Assembly: GCA_964618415.1 (NCBI GenBank)
Contig: CAZUAT010000006.1
Location: 1,025-65,024 of the forward strand
Reading direction: 5' to 3'
Source of the DNA: an uncultured Thermoanaerobaculia bacterium
Lineage (GTDB): Bacteria > Acidobacteriota > Thermoanaerobaculia > Multivoradales > JAGPDF01
Length of the DNA: 64,000 bases
Program-made: the position numbers and the translations under genes
Part shown: positions 56,730 through 64,000 of the stretch, piece by piece
How positions within the stretch are numbered: the stretch's first letter is position 1
Layout of the letters: each line of letters begins with the position of its first letter
Notes under the pieces: generated by a model
Databases searched by the model: none
What the model was told of the DNA's origin: nothing
The model's input: the letters and a program-made list of their open reading frames with translations, nothing else

Positions 56730-56915
56730 GCGTGACTCCTTGCTGCTGGTACTGCAATTGGCGATGCCGGCCGCAGTGACTGGCGGACGGCTGTTGCAAC
56801 CCGGTCAGAGGCCGGACCATCCGACCCAATGCCCAGGCGACCCGACTGAAATGCGGAAAAGCGGAGCAGATACACGAAACGTTCGGGGGATCGAGGAGGG
56901 GGGTGTTCGGCTGGA

Positions 56916-57698
56916 TCAGTCGGGAAGTTCGAGAGGAGCCTGCCACAGATCCCCGACCGATGCAAGCGCCTCGGTCCCGGGCAGGCCGGCGGCCTCCACG
57001 GCCCGCCGGAGGTCGTCCGGCCAGGGGGCCTCGAACCGCGACGGCACCCGCCCGGGCAGTTCGAGCCGCCAGGCGTGCAGGAGAGCCCGGCCCGGGTCGA
57101 GCGCGGCGCGGACGGCAGCGTCGCGCACGCCGTGATGCCTCGGCCCGCCGTAGAGGTCGTCGCCGACGATCGGATGCCCGGCCGCCGCGAGGTGCACCCG
57201 CAGCTGGTGCGTCCGCCCGGTGCGCGGCCAGAGGGCCACCAGCGCGACGTGCGACGCCGCGCCGACCACCCGGTAGTCACTGTGGGCCGGACGACCGGCA
57301 GGGTCGACCCGCATCCGCCGGCGATCGGCGCGGTCCGGGCCGAGCGGCGCTGTGTACCGGCCGACCGCGGGGCGAGGGCGGCCCCAGACCACGGCGAGAT
57401 AGACCTTTCCCAGTCGCCGGGCGGCAATGGCGCCAGACAGGTCGCGGTGGGTGTCGGCGTCGAGCGCCAGCAGCACCAGCCCCGACGTGGGCGCATCGAG
57501 GCGGTGGACCAGATGAAGGTCACGCCCGGCGAGCAGCGCCCGCTCGGCCGCCGGGAGTGCCTCGACCAGCCGGCCCGCCGCCGCGGCCGGCTCCCGTCTC
57601 GAGGTCGCCAGGGAGAGCCCCGGGGGCTTGGCTACGACCGCAAGCCCATCGTCCAGGTGGATCAGCTGCGCCTCTGCCGTTGGTGAGGCACCGCTCAT
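56916..57698 (-). CDS. rluA: RluA-family pseudouridine synthase
   Basis: Inner part of ORF 56916..58151, starting at MSGASPTAEAQ (ATG 57698, with an ATGA overlap to the upstream gene). It has the catalytic HRLDAPTSGLVLLA and GRTHQLRVH. Confidence 0.85.
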   Translation of the reverse strand: MSGASPTAEAQLIHLDDGLAVVAKPPGLSLATSRREPAAAAGRLVEALPAAERALLAGRDLHLVHRLDAPTSGLVLLALDADTHRDLSGAIAARRLGKVYLAVVWGRPRPAVGRYTAPLGPDRADRRRMRVDPAGRPAHSDYRVVGAASHVALVALWPRTGRTHQLRVHLAAAGHPIVGDDLYGGPRHHGVRDAAVRAALDPGRALLHAWRLELPGRVPSRFEAPWPDDLRRAVEAAGLPGTEALASVGDLWQAPLELPD

Positions 57699-59143
57699 GG
57701 CGCGAACTGCGACATGGTCACGAGGTCGGCCTTCGACCCGAAGAAGAGTCGAAAGTAGCGGCGTCGCATGACGGGGTCCGGATCTACGAACCGCTCGCCG
57801 ACGGCGCGCGTGACCTCCGAGTCCGGGAAGTGCTCGACCAGCCAGGCCGCCGCATTGCCGCCCACCGGCTGGGTAACCCGACTGGCCACCGGGTCGCCGG
57901 CGGTCACCTGCTCGAACGCAGGGGGCCACGGGTGGTAGGCGCCGAGGGCGGCGGCCAGGAGGGAGGGACCGAGCAGCGCCGCCAGCGCCACCCGACCGGC
58001 GCGAGGCACCATCGCGACCGGGGCCGCGAGCAGCAGCAGCGGTTGAATCGGAATCAGGTAGCGGTAACCGTACGACCACCCACCGTAGGAGCCCGCCAGC
58101 AGGGCGTGGACGAGCACCTGAAACACGAGCGCAGCGGTGAGCCAGCGCCACTGAGGAGTCTCGCCCGCCAGCGCGCCGCCGTCACCCGGTCCGTCGCGCC
58201 CCGGTGCCCGGCGGCGCACGTGCATCGCCAACCCGGCCACCCCGACGAACAGAATCGGTGAGACGAGAAACAGGCCGTGCCCGCCGAACAGGATCTCCAG
58301 GCCGTAGCGCGGACTCTGCGGCAGCACGACCCCGGCCAGACTCGGGCCGGCCTGCGCCGAGAGGTCGACGGCCCCGGGCACGAACTTGGGCGGCAGGACC
58401 GAGCCGGTCGTCGCTACGTTGGTGGCCACGGCCAGGACGAGCCCGATCGTGGCGCCGCCCAGAAAGCGGACGACCATGGAGCGCCGCGGCCGCGGGAGCG
58501 TGCCCGTGCCGCCGCTCAGCAGCATGCCGAGCAGAAACGGCGCCGCACCCAAGCCCGGCAGCAGGTCGATGGCCGCCGCCAGTCCGGTCGCCGTCCCGCA
58601 AGCCAGCGGGCGGCGGTCGAACGCGGCCAGCACGGCCAGCAGCATTGCGAGCGCTGCCGGAACGTGGTTGTTGAAGGTGACGGCGTAGCTGGTGACCAGT
58701 GTCCCGCCGCCGAGTCCCAGCGTCAGCAGTGTCCGGCCAGCGCGTGCAAGGTCGGGCACCGCGGCCAGCGCACCGTCGAACCGAGCGACCAGGAGCGCCG
58801 CCGGAAGGCCGACCAGCAGCCACGTCAACAACCGGATGACCCGGCCGCCGCTCCGCGGATCGGCCAGCCGCCAACCGGTCACGGCCCGCAGCGGGGCGTA
58901 GAGCGCCGCCGCCGTGAACGCGAGCAGCGGCGGCTTGTTCGAATACTCTCGACCGTCGAGCAGGACCCGGTCGACGGTGGCACGGAATCGCGACGATTCG
59001 ATCGACGGCGTGCCGTAGTCGACGAGCGCCTCCACCTGAGCCCAGCGCGAGGCGTCGTTGCCGGCGCTGAAGACCCCCGCGTGCGTGCCGGCTCCGTATG
59101 CGGCGGCAGCGAGCACGAATATCGCGACCGCGCGGCGGGTCAT
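57695..59143 (-). CDS. polytopic membrane protein, GT-C (ArnT/PMT-like) glycosyltransferase fold suspected
   Basis: ORF of 482 aa with at least 10 hydrophobic segments. Its general layout resembles the family 39/83 glycosyltransferases. I recognise no diagnostic motif with certainty. Confidence 0.5.
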   Translation of the reverse strand: MTRRAVAIFVLAAAAYGAGTHAGVFSAGNDASRWAQVEALVDYGTPSIESSRFRATVDRVLLDGREYSNKPPLLAFTAAALYAPLRAVTGWRLADPRSGGRVIRLLTWLLVGLPAALLVARFDGALAAVPDLARAGRTLLTLGLGGGTLVTSYAVTFNNHVPAALAMLLAVLAAFDRRPLACGTATGLAAAIDLLPGLGAAPFLLGMLLSGGTGTLPRPRRSMVVRFLGGATIGLVLAVATNVATTGSVLPPKFVPGAVDLSAQAGPSLAGVVLPQSPRYGLEILFGGHGLFLVSPILFVGVAGLAMHVRRRAPGRDGPGDGGALAGETPQWRWLTAALVFQVLVHALLAGSYGGWSYGYRYLIPIQPLLLLAAPVAMVPRAGRVALAALLGPSLLAAALGAYHPWPPAFEQVTAGDPVASRVTQPVGGNAAAWLVEHFPDSEVTRAVGERFVDPDPVMRRRYFRLFFGSKADLVTMSQFAP

Positions 59144-59155
59144 CGGTTCAGAGGA

Positions 59156-59680
59156 TCACAAACAGATTTCCGCGCCGGTACCCGCGATCCGGTAGACGTA
59201 CCACGGGCCGTCGGCGGGAACGGTGGACTCGTCGAAATCGCGCCCCTGCTCGTGCGCCTCGTGTTCGAGGTGAATGATGTATCCCTCGCGGTCCAGTTCG
59301 AGACGCTCGACCGTGCCCTGCGCCCGGGCGCGCCGGCCGCGCGCATCCTTTGGGAAAACCATGACGCCGTCCTCGACCTTCACCTTGAGGGTCCGGGCCC
59401 CGTCGGCCGCACGCAGTTCGAGCCAGCAACCGGCCATCTGGCAGACGTCGGCAATCTCGGCTTCCACCAGTACCGACTGCCCGACGAACTCCTCCGGACG
59501 ATCGAGGATGTCGGCAATGGCGGTTGGCGCGTCGAGATTGACTCCGGCGCCAAACGACTCGGCCCGGCACTCTCCGGCCCGTGCCGCGGAGGCGGCGAGG
59601 ACCGACAGGAGCCCCACCACGGCCAGCCGGGTGGTGCGGCGGGAAACGGCGGACGAGCGGCAAGAGCTGCGATTCATCAT
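59156..59680 (-). CDS. DUF4920-like secreted protein
   Basis: ORF 59156..59740, using the start MMNRSS (ATG 59680, with an AAGGAGG SD 6 nt upstream). It has a signal peptide and the motif VCQMAGCWLEL. Confidence 0.65.
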   Translation of the reverse strand: MMNRSSCRSSAVSRRTTRLAVVGLLSVLAASAARAGECRAESFGAGVNLDAPTAIADILDRPEEFVGQSVLVEAEIADVCQMAGCWLELRAADGARTLKVKVEDGVMVFPKDARGRRARAQGTVERLELDREGYIIHLEHEAHEQGRDFDESTVPADGPWYVYRIAGTGAEICL

Positions 59681-59883
59681 GGACGACCTCCTTGCCGATC
59701 CTAAGGCATCCGACCGCAGTGGGCATCGAGGTGGCGCCATGGCGGCGCCGGGCAGGACGTCTGGCGGTGCGCCCGGACAGCCGCGATAGACTGAGCCGTC
59801 CGTCGCCCCGGCGGCCGGCCGAGATCCGGCGCCCGCGGGCCGATGCGCGATCGCACGTTCACCTTCGAAGGAGACCGACCCCG

Positions 59884-60966
59884 ATGAATCTCCCCCAGCT
59901 CTCGCCCGTGAACCCGCGCGCCAGCCTGGCGGCCCTTGTGCTCGCCCTGGCCAGCCTCACCGCGCCCGCCTGCGCCGCCGATTCCAAGCCGCAGCCGGCC
60001 GCGGCGGCGCCCGAAATCCTGGCCGAGGTTGCGGGTCAGCCGGTCACTCTCGCCGACGTCGAGGAGCTGATCCGCCCGCAGCTCGCCGAGCTCGACAAGC
60101 AGCGCAATGCGCTGATCGAGCAGGCGCTCGAGCGGGTGGTCGAGGACCGCATCCTGGCCGCTGAGGCCAAGGCCCGCGGCGTCTCGGTCGAGGACTTCCT
60201 GGCGGCCGAGATCGACGCCAAAGTGGGTCAGATCGGCGATGCGGAGGTCGACGCCTTCTATGCCGAGAACCAGGGCCGGATCAATCGCCCGCTGGCCGAG
60301 ATCCGGCCGCAGATCGCGCAGTTCCTGGGCGACCAGAAGCGCGAGACCCTGCGTTCCGACCTGGTCGGCGCGCTGCGCGGCAAGCACGGCGCGAAGATCC
60401 TGATGGAGGTCGACCGGGTCGAGGTCGCCGAGGGCAACGGACCCGCCAAGGGCCCGGTCGGTGCCCCGGTCACGCTGATCGAGTTCTCCGACTTCGAGTG
60501 CCCGTACTGCAGCCGCGTCGTGCCGGCGATCGAGGAGGTCGTCGCGACCTACGGGGACCAGGTGCGCGTGGTCTTCCGCCAGTTCCCGCTCAACATCCAT
60601 CCGCGCGCCCAGAAGGCGGCCGAAGCCTCCCTGTGCGCCAACGACCAGGGCAAGTTCTGGGAGCTGCACGACGCCATGTTCGCCAACCAGCGGGCGCTCG
60701 GAGTCGACCAGCTCAAGGCGCATGCCGGCCAGCTCGGCCTCGATCAGGCCGCCTTCGACAGCTGCCTCGACTCCGGCAAGTACGCGGCCCAGGTCGCTAC
60801 CGACCTCGCCGAGGGACAGCGGGCGGGCGTGAGCGGCACCCCGGCGATGTTCGTCAACGGGCGATTCATCTCCGGCGCCGTGCCGTTCGCCACCCTCTCG
60901 CGGGTGATCGACGACGAGCTGCTGCGCAAGGGGATCACCCCGGTCAAGAAGGCCGCCGCCGAGTGA
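59884..60966 (+). CDS. DsbA-family thiol:disulfide oxidoreductase with an N-terminal SurA-like chaperone segment
   Basis: Inner part of ORF 59581..60966, starting at MNLPQLSPVN (ATG 59884). It has a signal peptide, the CPYC active site (FSDFECPYCSRV) and GVSGTPAMFVNG. Confidence 0.85.
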   Translation: MNLPQLSPVNPRASLAALVLALASLTAPACAADSKPQPAAAAPEILAEVAGQPVTLADVEELIRPQLAELDKQRNALIEQALERVVEDRILAAEAKARGVSVEDFLAAEIDAKVGQIGDAEVDAFYAENQGRINRPLAEIRPQIAQFLGDQKRETLRSDLVGALRGKHGAKILMEVDRVEVAEGNGPAKGPVGAPVTLIEFSDFECPYCSRVVPAIEEVVATYGDQVRVVFRQFPLNIHPRAQKAAEASLCANDQGKFWELHDAMFANQRALGVDQLKAHAGQLGLDQAAFDSCLDSGKYAAQVATDLAEGQRAGVSGTPAMFVNGRFISGAVPFATLSRVIDDELLRKGITPVKKAAAE

Positions 60967-61436
60967 CCGGGCTGGCGCTCTTCTCCCCCGACTGGGCGGC
61001 GGCCTTCGAGAGCGAGCTGGCGGACGACCCCGGATTCCGGCCGCTCGCCGCGGCGTGGGGGACGTCCCTGCTACTCGTCCTCGCGCCGGAAGCCGGGCAG
61101 GCGGGAGAGGAGCGCGCCCTCTTTCTGGACCTGGCGCACGGCGGTGATCGCCGTGCCGGTTGCAGCGTCCGTCCGGCGGTGCGGGGTGACTCCGATGCGG
61201 CGCGCTTGCGGGTGAGCGGTCCGGTCGCGGCGTGGCAGCAGCTGCTGCGCGGCGAGATCGAGCCGTCGGCCGCTCTGATGTCTGGCCGGCTGCGGCTCGA
61301 GCGCGGCTCGCTGCTGTCACTGCTGCCGCACCTCGAAGCGTCGCGCCGCATCTTCGCGGCGGCGCGGCGCACGGCTGCCCGCTTCGATGCCGCCCTCCAG
61401 CGCGACCCCCTCACGGCGGGAGCCGATCTGAGATGA
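60963..61436 (+). CDS. SCP2 sterol-binding-domain protein
   Basis: C-terminal part of ORF 60498..61436. The GTG 60963 start overlaps the DsbA stop (GTGA). It reads FSPDWAAAFESELADDP...ALMSGRLRLERGSLLSLLPHL. Confidence 0.65.
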   Translation: MTGLALFSPDWAAAFESELADDPGFRPLAAAWGTSLLLVLAPEAGQAGEERALFLDLAHGGDRRAGCSVRPAVRGDSDAARLRVSGPVAAWQQLLRGEIEPSAALMSGRLRLERGSLLSLLPHLEASRRIFAAARRTAARFDAALQRDPLTAGADLR

Positions 61437-62515
61437 CTGCCGGGCCGGCCACCTATCTGGTCACCGGTGCCTGCGGGTTCATCGGTTCGAACTTCGTCCA
61501 CTACCTGCTGGACCGCCTGCCGGACGCCCGCGTCGTGGCGGTGGACAACCTGTCGTTTGCCTCGAACGAAGCCAACCTCGATGCGGTGCGCGACCGGATC
61601 CGGTTCGTGGTCGGCGACATCTGTGACTTCGCCGGAATGATCGAGCTGTTCCAGCGCGTGCGCCCGGACTATGTCGTCAACTTCGCCGCCGAGAGCCACA
61701 ACGACCGCGCGGTCATCGATCCGTCGTCGTTCGCGCGGACAAACGCCCTGGGCGCGCAGACGCTGCTCGAGGTCTCGCGCCGGGAGCCGGTACGGCGCCA
61801 CCTGCACGTCTCGACCATCGAGGTATACGGCGAGCTGGCCGACGGCGCGCCCTACTTCACCGAGTCGAGTCCGCTCAACGCCAAGACACCGTACTCGGCC
61901 GCCAAGGCAGCCGGCGATCAGTTCGTGCGCGCCTACATGCAGACCTATCGCGACATGGACATCGCGATGACGCACTGCGCCAACAACTTCGGGCGCTTCC
62001 AGTTTCCCGAGAAGCTGATCCCGCTGATGATCACCAACGTCCTGCGGGGGCGCAAGGTGCCGGTGTACGGGGACGGGCTGCAGCTGCGCGACTGGCTGCA
62101 TGTCGACGACCACTGCGGCGCCATCCTCGCCATCCTCCACGGACCGAAGCCGGAGATCTCCGAGGCGGCAGCGCTCGATGCCGGCCTGCTGCCGATCTGG
62201 GACATCTCGTCGCGCAACGAGCGAACGAACCTCGAGATCGTTCGCGCGGTCCTCGAACTGCTGGACCGTCGTCCCGAGGAGTGGATCGAGCACGTTCCCG
62301 ACCGCCCCAACCACGACCGGCGCTACCTGATCGAGCCCGCAAAGCTGGAGTCCCGGCTGGGCTGGCGGCCCGAGGTGCCGTTCGAGGCCGGTCTCGAGGC
62401 GACGGTGCGCTGGTACGTCGACCACCGCGCCTGGTGGGAGGCGATTCTCGCCCGCACCGGCGAGCTCGCCTTCGACTGGAGCGGTGGCGCGAAGCCCCGT
62501 CCGACCGGCGGCTGA
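61433..62515 (+). CDS. rfbB: dTDP-glucose 4,6-dehydratase
   Basis: Inner part of ORF 61232..62515, starting at MTAGPATYLVTGACGFIGSNF (ATG 61433, ATGA overlap). It has the YSAAKAA catalytic YxxxK and the GDGLQLRDWLHVDDH motif. Confidence 0.88.
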   Translation: MTAGPATYLVTGACGFIGSNFVHYLLDRLPDARVVAVDNLSFASNEANLDAVRDRIRFVVGDICDFAGMIELFQRVRPDYVVNFAAESHNDRAVIDPSSFARTNALGAQTLLEVSRREPVRRHLHVSTIEVYGELADGAPYFTESSPLNAKTPYSAAKAAGDQFVRAYMQTYRDMDIAMTHCANNFGRFQFPEKLIPLMITNVLRGRKVPVYGDGLQLRDWLHVDDHCGAILAILHGPKPEISEAAALDAGLLPIWDISSRNERTNLEIVRAVLELLDRRPEEWIEHVPDRPNHDRRYLIEPAKLESRLGWRPEVPFEAGLEATVRWYVDHRAWWEAILARTGELAFDWSGGAKPRPTGG

Positions 62516-62546
62516 CGTCGCCACGCAACGACCCCAGGAGGCCGAG

Positions 62547-64000
62547 ATGACCGAGACCGCTCCCCCCGCCGACCGCACCGTGCTGACACGCGCCAGCGTG
62601 CTGGCCGACTATCGGACCGGCTGGCTGAGCCGTCACGCGTCGTTGATCGGCCGCCGCGAGGTGCTGACCGGCAAGGGAAAGTTCGGCATCTTCGGTGACG
62701 GCAAGGAGCTCGCGCAGCTCGCCATGGCGCGCGCCTGCCGCCCCGGCGATATCCGCTCCGGCTACTACCGCGACCAGACATTCATGTTCGCCGTCGGCCA
62801 GCTGACGCTGGAGCAGTTCTTCGCCGAGCTCTACGCCGACGCAGATCCCGTGCGCGAACCCAACTCGGCCGGCCGTCAGATGGGGTCTCACTTCGCCACC
62901 CGCATGCGCGGCTCGGACGGCCGCTGGCTCGATCTCACCGCCGCCCCGCACTCCTCGGCCGACATGTCGCCGACTGCCGGACAGATGCCGCGCCTGGTCG
63001 GACTCGGATGGGCCTCCCGCCTCTACCGGGAGCTGCCCGGCCTCGCCGACCGGCAGCAGTTCTCGCGTCGCGGCGACGAAGTCGCCTTCGGCACCATCGG
63101 CAACGCCTCCTGTGCCGAGGGGCACTTCTGGGAGGCGATCAACGCCATCGGCGTGCTCGGCGCCGCCGTCGTGCTGTCGATCTGGGACGACGGCTACGGC
63201 ATCTCGGTGCCCAACGAGTATCAGATCGCCAAGCCCGATCTGTCCGAGATGCTGTCGGGGTTCCAGCGCCGACCGGGCACCCGGGAGGGACTCGACATTC
63301 ACTCGGTGCGCGGTTGGGACTACCCGGCGCTGGTCGAGACCTACCTGCTGGCCACGGCCGCCGTGCGTCGCGAACACGTGCCGGCGGTCATCCACGTCTC
63401 GGAGGTGACTCAGCCGCAGGGCCACTCCACCTCCGGATCGCACGAGCGCTACAAGTCCAAGGAGCGCCTGGCCTGGGAGGAGGAGTTCGACGGGCTGCGA
63501 CGGATGGGCGCCTGGATGATCGAGCAGGGGATCGCCGACCGCGAGACGCTCGAGCAGGTCGAACAGGAAGCGGCGCAGGAGGTGCGCGAGGCCCAGCGCC
63601 GAGCGTGGCAGGCATTCGAGGACTCGGTGCGACAGGAGCACCTGCAGTTCGTCGACCTGGCCGAGGCGGTTGCTGCTCGCTCGCCCCACCGCGAGCGGAT
63701 CGCGACGGTGCTCAACGGGCTCGCCCGCCAGCAGCCGATCCTGCGCCGGGGCCTGCAGGCGGCGGCCCACGAGATTCTGATCGAGACGCTGGGCGAGAGT
63801 CACCCGGAGCGAGCCGCCCTGGCAGGGTGGACGGAGCTGCACCGGCGCAGCGGTGAGGATCGATACGGCTCTCACCTGCATGCCGGCGACGAGCAGTCGC
63901 CCTTGTCCGTGCCGGCGGTGCCGGCGCGATACGCCGACGATGCGCCAGTCGTCAACGGTTTCGAAGTGCTCAACGCCGCCTTTGCGGCCGCCTTCGAGCG
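62547..64000 (+). CDS. TPP-dependent 2-oxoacid dehydrogenase E1 component (fused alpha/beta type), 3' end beyond the window
   Basis: My own translation from ATG 62547 (AGGAGG SD at 62536) gives MTETAPPADRTVLTRASVLADY...GKGKFGIFGDGKELAQLA...GTIGNASCAEGHFWEAINA...IWDDGYGISVP. The frame is open to position 64000 and is not in the ORF track. Confidence 0.8.
   Translation, partial: MTETAPPADRTVLTRASVLADYRTGWLSRHASLIGRREVLTGKGKFGIFGDGKELAQLAMARACRPGDIRSGYYRDQTFMFAVGQLTLEQFFAELYADADPVREPNSAGRQMGSHFATRMRGSDGRWLDLTAAPHSSADMSPTAGQMPRLVGLGWASRLYRELPGLADRQQFSRRGDEVAFGTIGNASCAEGHFWEAINAIGVLGAAVVLSIWDDGYGISVPNEYQIAKPDLSEMLSGFQRRPGTREGLDIHSVRGWDYPALVETYLLATAAVRREHVPAVIHVSEVTQPQGHSTSGSHERYKSKERLAWEEEFDGLRRMGAWMIEQGIADRETLEQVEQEAAQEVREAQRRAWQAFEDSVRQEHLQFVDLAEAVAARSPHRERIATVLNGLARQQPILRRGLQAAAHEILIETLGESHPERAALAGWTELHRRSGEDRYGSHLHAGDEQSPLSVPAVPARYADDAPVVNGFEVLNAAFAAAFE

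Overview
This is a 64-kb, very GC-rich (about 70% G+C by eye) bacterial chromosomal segment, densely packed with genes. Many neighbouring genes are joined by 1-4 nt start/stop overlaps (ATGA, GTGA, TTGA, TGATG). A VWA protein resembling the 'VWFA-related acidobacterial domain' family, together with the overall gene content, suggests Acidobacteriota; this is inference only.

Gene content from left to right:
- A minus-strand aroDE-trpE-trpG-trpD-trpC-trpF-trpB operon.
- A secreted metzincin protease, mtgA, a PhzF-like gene, lhgO and a bactofilin.
- Two GGDEF-EAL proteins and two TonB-dependent receptors.
- A GAF histidine kinase with a NarL-type regulator, flanked by universal stress proteins. 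It lies divergent to a porin-YceI-YceI-nrfH-nrfA-permease-methyltransferase operon.
- A TonB receptor / YfiR-like / hybrid kinase module.
- A dcp / Zn-peptidase / ATP-grasp string.
- PIN-PhoH, a TMEM175-like channel, vapBC and a VWA protein.
- A LOG gene coupled to an MrfA-type helicase fused to a DEDD exonuclease.
- mgtE, a Nudix gene, rnd, a B3 metallo-beta-lactamase, two tandem csp genes and rluA.
- A GT-C-like membrane protein, a DsbA-like gene, an SCP2 gene, rfbB and a fused E1 dehydrogenase that is open at the right edge.

I found no rRNA, tRNA, CRISPR array, transposase or integrase.

Most interesting observations:
1. A candidate ribosome-mediated Trp attenuator lies upstream of aroDE-trp. 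It has a 25-codon leader ORF with tandem TGG codons, alternative GC helices and an 11-bp terminator with a U tract.
2. A low-GC AAG/GAC-rich repeat family sits inside trpC and trpF coding sequence in both orientations and in different reading frames. It gives TrpC a K/D/S-rich N-terminal extension.
3. A conserved-looking Zn-peptidase N-terminus has no canonical start codon and is separated from dcp only by one in-frame TAA.
4. An MrfA-like helicase is fused to an exonuclease domain.
5. NrfA has CXXCH instead of CXXCK at heme 1, in an unusual operon context.

The many long antisense ORFs in the track are GC artefacts.
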